Position numbers and translations under genes: made by a program. A stretch of DNA of 63,741 nt, the filler included. It is 9 parts of 9 records of this genome, joined end to end, with 100 filler letters (N's around TTAATTAATTAA, not from the genome) between each part and the next. Parts side by side here need not be neighbours in the genome. Positions count along the whole stretch, not along the records: positions 52,900 to 58,246 come from SRR31147125_49216; positions 58,347 to 63,741 come from SRR31147125_49289; 7 more parts are not named here. One strand, given 5' to 3'. The notes beneath the pieces were generated by a model, which searched no databases, was not told the DNA's origin, and saw only the letters and a list, made by a program, of their open reading frames with translations. Shown here piece after piece: positions 54,648 to 63,440 of this stretch. Within the stretch, counting starts at the first letter, position 1; each line of letters starts with the position of its first letter.

Positions 54648-55715
54648 TTATCCTGTCACAACCCACTGCATATACTTTTGCTTTAAATCAAAACAATTCT
54701 TTGATGACAAACCTTTTTTACAATATTCTGTAACTCTAGTTTCTCTACCAGATTTTTTAGATGTTTTATATGCTTTAAACTCAAACAATTTACCCGGCAA
54801 AACATGCTCTTCAAATCTAAATTCATTCTTCTCATTAACTCCAATATAATTTCCATTTGAATCAGATGTCCAATATCCTGAATAACTCAATCTCTCAAGA
54901 GCACGACGCATTTCAACAGCTGATTGATATCTCTTTGCTGGCTCAACATTAATTGCTTTATTAATTACACTTTTTAAATTACGCGGAACAAAAAACTGAT
55001 AATCCTTTGAGCGAATAATATTACCATCCTTTACAAGCTGATAGTATTTATCTTCTCCTTGATTATTAAACTTATCCTGAATAGACCCTATTCCATTTAC
55101 TAAACGAAAAGCAGTCAACCCAACCTGATAAATGTCTGTCTGAACATTAATTTGCTCAGAAGTAAGTATTTCTGGAGCTATATGAAGTTTATATGCGCTC
55201 CTAGGCTTCACCGATTCTCCAAATGGTGAGTGACAGGTAATTCCATAATCAGTTAAAATACCTTGTTTATCATCACCAACCAATATATTTTTAGGTTTTA
55301 TATCGCTATGATATAAATTTAATTCATGCAAATATTCTAAGCCTCGTAAAATATCTGATAATATACGAAGCACATCAGGAATAACGATAAAGTTTCTAGA
55401 ATTTACAAATGAAAGAATTGATCCATTAGGATGATAGTCCATTGCGATAATAACTAAACTTTTTCCTTCATGTGGGATTACATCTGCATAATGCATTTTA
55501 ACAAGATTTGCATGGTTTAAATGATTCCCAATTTGAGCTTCTTTAAGACGTTCACTTATAGCGACATTTTGCCCTAGAATTTTCACTGCAATATCTCTAT
55601 TAATAGTCTGGTCATGAGCAAGCCATACATCACCAAAACCGCCACTACCAATAGGTTTTATTAATTGATATTTATAAATATTTTGTTCAGGAACCACAGA
55701 TGGTTTATGAGACAT
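54648..55715 (-). CDS. Hanks-type Ser/Thr protein kinase (soluble, non-RD)
   Basis: IGSGGFGDV, IAVK, KEA, YHSDIKPKN, TDYG, IAPE, DIYQVG; probable start MSHKP at 55715 with GGAGG RBS (track start 55736). Confidence 0.92.
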   Translation of the reverse strand: MSHKPSVVPEQNIYKYQLIKPIGSGGFGDVWLAHDQTINRDIAVKILGQNVAISERLKEAQIGNHLNHANLVKMHYADVIPHEGKSLVIIAMDYHPNGSILSFVNSRNFIVIPDVLRILSDILRGLEYLHELNLYHSDIKPKNILVGDDKQGILTDYGITCHSPFGESVKPRSAYKLHIAPEILTSEQINVQTDIYQVGLTAFRLVNGIGSIQDKFNNQGEDKYYQLVKDGNIIRSKDYQFFVPRNLKSVINKAINVEPAKRYQSAVEMRRALERLSYSGYWTSDSNGNYIGVNEKNEFRFEEHVLPGKLFEFKAYKTSKKSGRETRVTEYCKKGLSSKNCFDLKQKYMQWVVTG

Positions 55716-55717
55716 AC

Positions 55718-56182
55718 TCAACTCCTCCAACGCCATGCAGCAGCAAGCGCATCAGCCATTGAATTATCCCAATATTTTCCTGAGCGTCCAATATTTGATT
55801 CGACAAAATCTTTTATTTTTGATGAACTCATACCTTTTTCAATACTAGTATACAAAAATGCCCTTACTTGCTTTCCATTTTGCCTTGCAAGCAACATTAC
55901 AACTCCATCCATATTTGTTGAATAGCGAGTAGCTTTTTTCTCTGTACCATATTGATTCATCTTAATCGCAACTTTTTCTATATCAGGATAAACCCTAAAA
56001 ATTCTCTCAAACTCTGAATACAACCACTCAAGCTTTAATGCTATATCATCATCACCATATTCAGCAGGAAACACTAATTTATTTTCAGATTCAGCGTTAA
56101 CAAAGCCTACTTCATCACCATTCAACTCTATAACAGCATACCTCACGCATTTTGATGAGGTGCGAATTCCCAATATTTGCAT
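55718..56182 (-). CDS. RuvC-like RNase H-fold protein, predicted catalytically altered
   Basis: By-eye end-to-end alignment to RuvC: ILGIR (ILGID), LKLEWLY (SRLKLIY), VAIK (FAIE), DGVVML (RGVAIV), ADALAAA (ADALAIA). Confidence 0.7.
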   Translation of the reverse strand: MQILGIRTSSKCVRYAVIELNGDEVGFVNAESENKLVFPAEYGDDDIALKLEWLYSEFERIFRVYPDIEKVAIKMNQYGTEKKATRYSTNMDGVVMLLARQNGKQVRAFLYTSIEKGMSSSKIKDFVESNIGRSGKYWDNSMADALAAAWRWRS

Positions 56183-56193
56183 TATTTTCTCCC

Positions 56194-56427
56194 TTACTTA
56201 TTATCTCTTGGAGGACATGAGTCATTACCAAAGCTATTACCGCCTCTAATTTTACCATCAACTCCATGTATTTTAGTATCTGAGTGCTGATTTCTGGCTA
56301 TATCCTGTGCAATTTCGATTGCTTCCTTCTGAGTCGGTGTAACCTTTGTAGCTTTGCTATTACCCTCACCTTTAACAGTCCAGCCATCAGGATGCTTAAC
56401 AACATGCTGGTTCTTACCTTTTTCGAT
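56194..56427 (-). CDS. DUF2188-family small protein with ATC at the expected start; absent from the ORF track
   Basis: Manual translation (I/M)EKGKNQHVVKHPDGWTVKGEGNSKATKVTPTQKEAIEIA...IHGVDGKIR...SFGNDSCPPRDNK*; AAGGAG 7 nt upstream. Confidence 0.8.
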   Translation of the reverse strand: MEKGKNQHVVKHPDGWTVKGEGNSKATKVTPTQKEAIEIAQDIARNQHSDTKIHGVDGKIRGGNSFGNDSCPPRDNK

Positions 56428-56552
56428 TTTCTTTCTCCTTGATTTAACTAATCATAATAGTCTTACGTTGATATTTTTAAAACAAAATACTTCAGCTAAT
56501 CAAAATCTTATCAATATACAAAGAACATTTGTTCCAGTACAATCATATATTA

Positions 56553-58007
56553 TCAAAATGGTTTCTTGGCTTTTACAACCTCTTTAGCAGTAGATTCGAT
56601 AATTTCATGTAATGGCATTTTTTCGCCGTGCTTTCCATTTAGTGTTTCTGAAGCATTAAACGAAACAGACTCTACGGCCTTTGAAAGTAATTCCTTTAGT
56701 AACTCATTGCTTTCTTCTCCAAGTTTTTCAATTTGATCTTTATAGCTATTTATTGAGCTTGCAAGAGACTCTTTATGCGCATACTCCTGCTGTAATCGCT
56801 GTGCTTCACTTCTTCGCTTTGTCGCATAATATGTAAACCATAAAGCTGGTACATAAAATGGGATTTTTAATCCTAAACTTTTTAATAAGTCCTCCCACCC
56901 ACCAATACTTTTGAATGATAGACTAAAAGGGCTAAAAGTTATTGAATCTACTGTAAATACAAATGAAATTACAAGTAGTATCCCAATAGCCACATAAAAC
57001 TGTTTGCTTGATTTTTCGATTTGATCATCAAATGATTCTTTCATTTCTTTATATGCGCTAGAAAGCCCTGCACTTGTCGCCCCAGGTAAAAGAGTTTCAA
57101 TTTGGTCATTCAAGGCTTCATACCGATCGTGCTGTATTTTTTGAAAATTCTCAAGGTCTTCTTTTAGTTTTAACAACTTCTCTTCTAAACCACCTGAAAG
57201 TTTCCCATCTTCATCCTCCTCACCAAAACTTTTTGTATAAAACTTTAACAGATCATCAACCATATACCTTGTATCTTCCAACAACTTCTCAGACTGTTTT
57301 TTATTATTATTTATATTATTAAGCGATTCATATACTTCATCCTTTACAGATACATTACGCTGATCACCAACTAATAATTCACTATGTAATTTCTTTATTT
57401 CAGTACATTTGCTATTAATCTCATTCACATACGTATCTATTTGATGCTTTGTTCCACTATTAATAGTAAACGTATTATTATATAGCTCATTAATCGCATC
57501 ACCTTGCTGTTTAATACCATTATATGTCTCTGTAATTTCTTTCTGTTGTGATTCAAAATCCTTTTTCACAACTCTGACATTCTCCTGAAACACTTCCATA
57601 AACTTATTTGCTGCTTTTTCATATGCGGTGCCAGCTCTTTTTGCAGCAGTCAGTGCCTGTTTAGGCTGAACATAATATGGTTTAACTGTAGATAATAAAT
57701 TATCAGCTTCTTTGTTAGCTTGATTAATATACCCAACATTTTTGCTTGTTTGGTATTGATCCAGTTGCCCCAAACAATTCTGTGAATAAGACTGAACACC
57801 CGACCATAAGCTTAACGGCACTAACTCAGGATCAGAATTCTTGATAAATTCATCAACATAAATGATTACTTTTTTAAGTCTTGCTAATTCATCAATAGAA
57901 TCTACTTGAGTAACATCATCAATTGACAATTCCTCAACTCTTTTATAGAGCCTACCCCATGCACTATGAAACGGATGTTTATCAAACTCTTTAGTGTATC
58001 TAGACAT
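56553..58007 (-). CDS. Hypothetical long coiled-coil protein with two C-terminal TM helices
   Basis: Heptad-rich middle, LLPGATSAGLSSAY, two hydrophobic segments, QQEYAHKE. Confidence 0.75.
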   Translation of the reverse strand: MSRYTKEFDKHPFHSAWGRLYKRVEELSIDDVTQVDSIDELARLKKVIIYVDEFIKNSDPELVPLSLWSGVQSYSQNCLGQLDQYQTSKNVGYINQANKEADNLLSTVKPYYVQPKQALTAAKRAGTAYEKAANKFMEVFQENVRVVKKDFESQQKEITETYNGIKQQGDAINELYNNTFTINSGTKHQIDTYVNEINSKCTEIKKLHSELLVGDQRNVSVKDEVYESLNNINNNKKQSEKLLEDTRYMVDDLLKFYTKSFGEEDEDGKLSGGLEEKLLKLKEDLENFQKIQHDRYEALNDQIETLLPGATSAGLSSAYKEMKESFDDQIEKSSKQFYVAIGILLVISFVFTVDSITFSPFSLSFKSIGGWEDLLKSLGLKIPFYVPALWFTYYATKRRSEAQRLQQEYAHKESLASSINSYKDQIEKLGEESNELLKELLSKAVESVSFNASETLNGKHGEKMPLHEIIESTAKEVVKAKKPF

Positions 58008-58047
58008 TTTATTACCTGCTATTTCATATCTTTTAAACCATAACTCT

Positions 58048-58137
58048 CTATTGCTCGAAATCTACTTCTAATGCATCTGAGATATCAAGGCGTTCCGCAA
58101 TTTTATCCAAATAACGTGAAAATAATGTATTACTCAT
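58048..58137 (-). pseudogene. 29-codon ORF with strong RBS, possible N-terminal stub of a CD-NTase/SMODS nucleotidyltransferase
   Basis: MSNTLFSRYLDKIAERLDISDA... resembles the L..IAE.LDI N-terminal helix recalled for such enzymes; AAGGAG upstream. Confidence 0.3.
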
Positions 58138-58246
58138 ATATATTTCTCCTTTTCCTTAATATTTTTAATATATCATGCAAATTTCATTCCATAACTAACA
58201 GATTTAAAAATATCCACTTAAACATCTTTTTGTCTTGATACCTACA

Positions 58247-58346
58247 NNNNNNNNNNNNNNNNNNNNNNNNNNNNNNNNNNNNNNNNNNNNTTAATTAATT
58301 AANNNNNNNNNNNNNNNNNNNNNNNNNNNNNNNNNNNNNNNNNNNN
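58247..58346. other. Artificial contig spacer
   Basis: Same 100-nt linker. Confidence 0.97.
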
Positions 58347-59248
58347 AAAAAGAGTATGGACCAAATTAGGAGATATAACCTATCCATATATGTGGCACCT
58401 ATGGCGAACCCTTGAGCAAACAGCCCCTGACATCATTTATCAACGATGTGGTATGGCCTTAACCGGGGCCGCAGCCTATTTTGCAAAAAAACACAAGCGC
58501 AGACTCATATTCCACATTGCCTCGGATAAGGATATTTACCCGAGGTCATTGGCTTGGAAAAAGCCATACTCAATATTAGAAGATAAAATGACTGAATATG
58601 GCATACTAAATGCGGATACAATTATTGCTCAAACTCAATTTCAGGCGGATATGCTGGCCGAAAATTTTAAAAAAAGCCATTGTGATTCCTAACGGTCACC
58701 CTGTCCCCAGGGATTATAGTAAGAAAAAGGACAAGATTCTCATTCTCTGGATTGGAAATTGGAAACCTGTCAAAAGACCCGAACTATTTATAAAATTGGT
58801 AAAATCCATAGGCCAAATGAACGAAACCCGCTTTATAATGCTGGGGCGCACTGACAATTACGACGCCCTTGTGGCAGAAGCACGGAAAAATAAAATAGAT
58901 GTTTTAGGAGAAGTTGACAATCAACAGGTAAATCAGCTTCTCGAAAATGCGCATTTATTAATCAACACGAGTAATCATGAAGGATTCAGCAATACGTTCA
59001 TCCAGGCATGGATGCGCCGGGTTCCGGTATTGAGTTTGAAGGTGGATCCCGATAATCTTATAAAGGAAAAAGCAATTGGATATTGCCCAGGCTCCTTAGA
59101 CAATCTTATCCAATCGACAAAAGAATTGATAATAGACCACCAAAAACGAGAATTAATGGGTAAAAAGGCAAGAGAATATGCATTAAAGTATTTAACCTTG
59201 CAAAATATGGATAAAATACTAAAGGCCGCAGCCAAAGACATTTCGTGA
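58347..59248 (+). CDS. Glycosyltransferase family 4; 5'-truncated, frameshifted near 58670
   Basis: VIPNGHP, WIGNWKPVKRPELF, TSNHEGFSNTFIQAW. Confidence 0.85.
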
Positions 59249-59484
59249 AAAGCCAGCTGAGAATTTTTATAATCCTATGCGAGTAATTTCACTCCATCAA
59301 ATGACAGTTTATTTAATTTATACCACGCAGCAGTTGGTAACATAGGCCATCCTGTCCCTTGGTTCAAGAAGGGGCCAGGAGCACATACAGGTGTCATATT
59401 ATGCATAAATCTAAAAAAACACGAAGAAGAATTTGACGTTTATAACTCAAAATCAACCAAGCGGATAAAGGCCTCAGGATCTAT

Positions 59485-60432
59485 ATGCAAAGGAATCAAC
59501 ACTTTTCAATTCGTCATAATTGCCCAGCATGCAGTTCCGGGCAAACAACCGATATATATGAAGCACCCTATGACTGTCCGCCTATCAGTGACTATCTGAC
59601 CCGATTTTATTCGTCCCATAAAATAGAGCCTCTTTTTTTACAGAATGCCACATATCATCTTAAAGAATGTAATGACTGCGGTTTAATATTCCAAAGGGAA
59701 ATTCCCAACCATAAGTTTATGAAACTGCTGTACGAAAATTGGATTGATCCCAAAGAAGACTTTTTGAACCATCAAAAAGGTGATGATCTCAATTTATTTA
59801 CTCTATTTGCAAAAGAAATATCTATAATGATAGAATTATTTCATAAACCCCCTGGGGAATTAAAGTTTATGGACTTTGGCATGGGGTGGGGAAAGTGGGC
59901 TTTAATGGCAAAAGCATTTGGTTGTAAATCCTATGGCCATGAATTGTCTGCAGCCAGGATTGAATTTGCTGTTTCTAACGGAATCCAAGTGATCCCCTGG
60001 GAAAAAATCCCTGGATATAATTTAGATTTTATCAATACAGAACAGGTATTTGAGCACCTTCCAGACCCATTAACAACACTGATCCATCTTAGGAAAGGTC
60101 TAAACGCTGGTGGTGTTATTAAGATTAGCGTTCCAAACGCATACGATATAAAAAGAAGACTAAAAATTATGGATTGGAACGCTCAAAAGGGTGAAAAGAA
60201 TTCGCTAAACCCTGTTGCTCCTTTGGAACATATTAACTGCTATTCCAGACCGTCACTGGTTCAAATGGCTAAAAAGGCTGGTATGGAAGAGGTTATAATA
60301 CCGATGAAAATTCAATATATTCATACATCAAATTGGAAAGGGATACAAAAAACAATAAAAAATATTCTTTTGCCCATCTATAGAAATATTATGAAACGTC
60401 AGAACTATATATTTTTTAAAGCGGCAAATTAA
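59485..60432 (+). CDS. Class I SAM methyltransferase with N-terminal Zn-binding motif
   Basis: CPAC...CNDC, MDFGMGWG, EQVFEHL, ISVPN, PLEHIN. Confidence 0.88.
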   Translation: MQRNQHFSIRHNCPACSSGQTTDIYEAPYDCPPISDYLTRFYSSHKIEPLFLQNATYHLKECNDCGLIFQREIPNHKFMKLLYENWIDPKEDFLNHQKGDDLNLFTLFAKEISIMIELFHKPPGELKFMDFGMGWGKWALMAKAFGCKSYGHELSAARIEFAVSNGIQVIPWEKIPGYNLDFINTEQVFEHLPDPLTTLIHLRKGLNAGGVIKISVPNAYDIKRRLKIMDWNAQKGEKNSLNPVAPLEHINCYSRPSLVQMAKKAGMEEVIIPMKIQYIHTSNWKGIQKTIKNILLPIYRNIMKRQNYIFFKAAN

Positions 60433-60467
60433 TTTTTTAGGATCACCCTCGAATTGGAGAACGCAAT

Positions 60468-62126
60468 ATGTTCGTATTCCGAGCCAGTAAAAGGATTATT
60501 GAGTTTATAAAAATTTACGGTTTTTTACAAACCGCAGTACTAATAAATATATTGGGAATTTGGCCTCTTCGAATGAGGTTTATGCCGATTTATTTGAAGA
60601 TTCACCTTAAATTGAGGCGTATTCGAGAAACTCTTTTTGCCGATAAAGATATTCAGAAATGGCAAAAAAGAAAAAACGAAATTCTTTCAAAGAATAAGAG
60701 CGATTACAAAAGCAGTATTTATGAGTTAGGATTAGATCGAAACAATCTATCACTTCTTCAAAAGAATTTGGTCAAAGACAATGAAGTCATTATAGCCAAA
60801 ATTGATCAAGACGGTTTTTTTCTTTCAAATTTCGGAAAAATAAAAGGACTTCCACAAGTAACAAAAGACCAGTTCGTACAACGGAACAGGTCAGAAATTA
60901 CCTTGGTGGCCATCAAGGAATATCTTGGGGTAAAAAAAGATTATAAATCTAATAAGCAAGGCTTCTTAAATGAAATAACGGCCTTAGATAGGCTCAGAAA
61001 TACCGGATGTAATATCCCATCTATCTTGGACATTGATTTTGAGAATATGACGATAACGATTTCATTCATTACAGGGACAATTCTCCGTGAAGAACTTGCA
61101 AAGAATGGGGCATTACTGAGAGATCGTGATGTAAAAAATGCTCCCTCCTTTAAAAAATTGAAACATAATGAGATCTGGTTAAAATGTTTCCAAGAGGGCA
61201 CCTCTGTTTTATTGGATGTTATTGATAAAAAATTCATCGACACCCTCTTCTCACAATTACAAAGGGCTCACCGTGCTGGTATTATTTTAAATGATATCAA
61301 ATATGGAAATATTGTAATAGAGAAAACGTCTGGGGAGCCCTATTGGATTGATTTTGATCATGCCCAATTCTTTCCGAGTTTGGGAAAGGAGGCATTTAGT
61401 TTATTGCGGGATAAAAATATTGAATTGTTTAATCTATGCTTTGATACTCACAAACTTACATGGAAGAGAATAGAGGACAAAATCAAAAAAATACCCTATC
61501 CCCAAATATATGCACCTGTATATATCTTCCCTGGCCTGACCTTAGGCCCCATTGGCTGTGAAACGGTAGGGTATGGCCGTTGGACCTATATTCTTAGAAA
61601 AAACATACCCAAAGTAGCAGGAAAACGTATTTTGGATATCGGGGCGAATAACGCTCAAAACTCAATGCAACTGATGAGAAAGGGAGCCAAAGAAATAATC
61701 GGCATTGAAATAAATCCTGACAATATCAAACAGGGTGAATTTATTCGGGCTGCTTATGAATGGGCTGACAGCAAGACATATAATTTCAAATATATTGAGT
61801 CGAACATGAATAAGATACCAGATTTGGAATTGGGCAAGTTTGATCTTGTTATGGCGCTATGCTCCCTTTATTATTTGAGTGAAAATGATATGGCCACATT
61901 GGTACAATATGTAAGCACGATCACTGATACTTTCATACTTCAAGCCAATACAAGCCTAAATATTTCACGCCAAAATCCTGAAACCTATAAAAAAGCAAGT
62001 CTATCATTTACACAAAATATTTTAAAATTGAATGGGTTTCCAAAAACCCGGGTAATCTCACCTCATAAATACAGCCGCCCCCTTGTTATCGGGGAAAAGA
62101 ATAAAGTTTCTCACCGGAGCACCTAA
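60468..62126 (+). CDS. Kinase-like (Kdo/RIO-type) domain fused to a C-terminal class I methyltransferase
   Basis: Kinase: LGVKK, FLNE, HRAGIILNDIKYGN, WIDFD. MTase: ILDIGANNA, IIGIE, FDLVMALCSLYYL. Confidence 0.8.
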   Translation: MFVFRASKRIIEFIKIYGFLQTAVLINILGIWPLRMRFMPIYLKIHLKLRRIRETLFADKDIQKWQKRKNEILSKNKSDYKSSIYELGLDRNNLSLLQKNLVKDNEVIIAKIDQDGFFLSNFGKIKGLPQVTKDQFVQRNRSEITLVAIKEYLGVKKDYKSNKQGFLNEITALDRLRNTGCNIPSILDIDFENMTITISFITGTILREELAKNGALLRDRDVKNAPSFKKLKHNEIWLKCFQEGTSVLLDVIDKKFIDTLFSQLQRAHRAGIILNDIKYGNIVIEKTSGEPYWIDFDHAQFFPSLGKEAFSLLRDKNIELFNLCFDTHKLTWKRIEDKIKKIPYPQIYAPVYIFPGLTLGPIGCETVGYGRWTYILRKNIPKVAGKRILDIGANNAQNSMQLMRKGAKEIIGIEINPDNIKQGEFIRAAYEWADSKTYNFKYIESNMNKIPDLELGKFDLVMALCSLYYLSENDMATLVQYVSTITDTFILQANTSLNISRQNPETYKKASLSFTQNILKLNGFPKTRVISPHKYSRPLVIGEKNKVSHRST

Positions 62127-63318
62127 AATGGCAGGATCCCTCAATCTTTTAATTTTTTCAAGCAACTCTTTATATAACAAAAATATTATTGGCGGAGCTG
62201 AATCCGCCCTGCGGCTGATCGGCGAAAAAATGGCTGAACGGGGATATAAAGTAACCTATTTTACAGATGGTATTTCAAGAATACCAGGAGTTAAAGAAAA
62301 GAGAATAAACGGAGTTGACGTCTGCTTTTTTACGCCGCTGAGATGGCCGCTATTAAAAAATAGGATTTTTCCCAAATTAGCAGCAAAGTTTATTAGGATT
62401 CAAAAGCAGGTCGCGCTGGCCAAATTAATTCAGAAAAAAAGAATAAACCTTATCCATACGTTCAATCCCTACCCTGATACATTTGACATTATAAACTTAC
62501 GTAATAAATTTCAGTTGGATTTCAAAATTGTCACAAGAATTGCCGGTATCCATTGGGCCTATCAGCTTGATCAAAAAATAATTAAACCCAAAACCGTTGA
62601 ATTCATCTTCAATAACATTGATGTCTTCAACTTTTTAGATATAGGGTTGGAGAACCTGTTTAACCAAACATGTGACAAATATGGAATTACATTTTCAATT
62701 CCGGATAAATTCATAGAAGACATAGGTGTGGACTTTAATTTTTTTAAAGGGAAAAGACATCTATCTTTAAATGACAAGTTTAAAATTATCTGTCCGGCGA
62801 AATTCAGTCCTTGCCAAAAAAGGCAGGATATTCTCATAGATGCAATTTCAAGTTTGAAACAAGAAAATATACATTTGGAATTTGCAGGACAAGGGGCCTT
62901 TTATAAAAAGTATCGCGCTCATGTAAACCGAAAAGGGATTGGTCACAAGGTTAAATTTCTCGGTTTCTTGTCTAAAAAAGAGTTAAAAAAAGTAATGTTA
63001 TCCGCAGACCTGATGGCACTCCCGACAGAATATGAAGGGGTGAGTAAAGCGGTTGTAGAGGCACAGGCAATGGGATTGCCCGTATTGGTCTCGGATGTGC
63101 CGGCACTTAATAGTTTCTTAACAGACCTTAAAACCGGTTTTCTTGTTGAAAATACAATTGAAGCCTGGGCGGCCATGATTCAAAAACTAAGTAATGATAA
63201 AAAATTACTCAATGACATAGCAGAATCTGGACAACAATACGCCCAGGCCAATTATAATGCCGACAACAACATTCTTGAATATATCAAACGCTTTAAAGAG
63301 GCCATATCAAACCTGTGA
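62083..63318 (+). CDS. Glycosyltransferase family 4 (probable start ATG 62128)
   Basis: IGGAE, KRQDILI, EYEGVSKAVVEAQAMG. Confidence 0.9.
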   Translation: MLSGKRIKFLTGAPKMAGSLNLLIFSSNSLYNKNIIGGAESALRLIGEKMAERGYKVTYFTDGISRIPGVKEKRINGVDVCFFTPLRWPLLKNRIFPKLAAKFIRIQKQVALAKLIQKKRINLIHTFNPYPDTFDIINLRNKFQLDFKIVTRIAGIHWAYQLDQKIIKPKTVEFIFNNIDVFNFLDIGLENLFNQTCDKYGITFSIPDKFIEDIGVDFNFFKGKRHLSLNDKFKIICPAKFSPCQKRQDILIDAISSLKQENIHLEFAGQGAFYKKYRAHVNRKGIGHKVKFLGFLSKKELKKVMLSADLMALPTEYEGVSKAVVEAQAMGLPVLVSDVPALNSFLTDLKTGFLVENTIEAWAAMIQKLSNDKKLLNDIAESGQQYAQANYNADNNILEYIKRFKEAISNL

Positions 63319-63440
63319 CAAGTGATACACCCGATATTTTAAACACTTATTTAAGCGTTTATCGTTCAAATCACAAAAGAAAGACTATGTGGTATATTTT
63401 TACAAATTTTTTATTTAGCTCTAAGGTTAAGGTGTGAATT

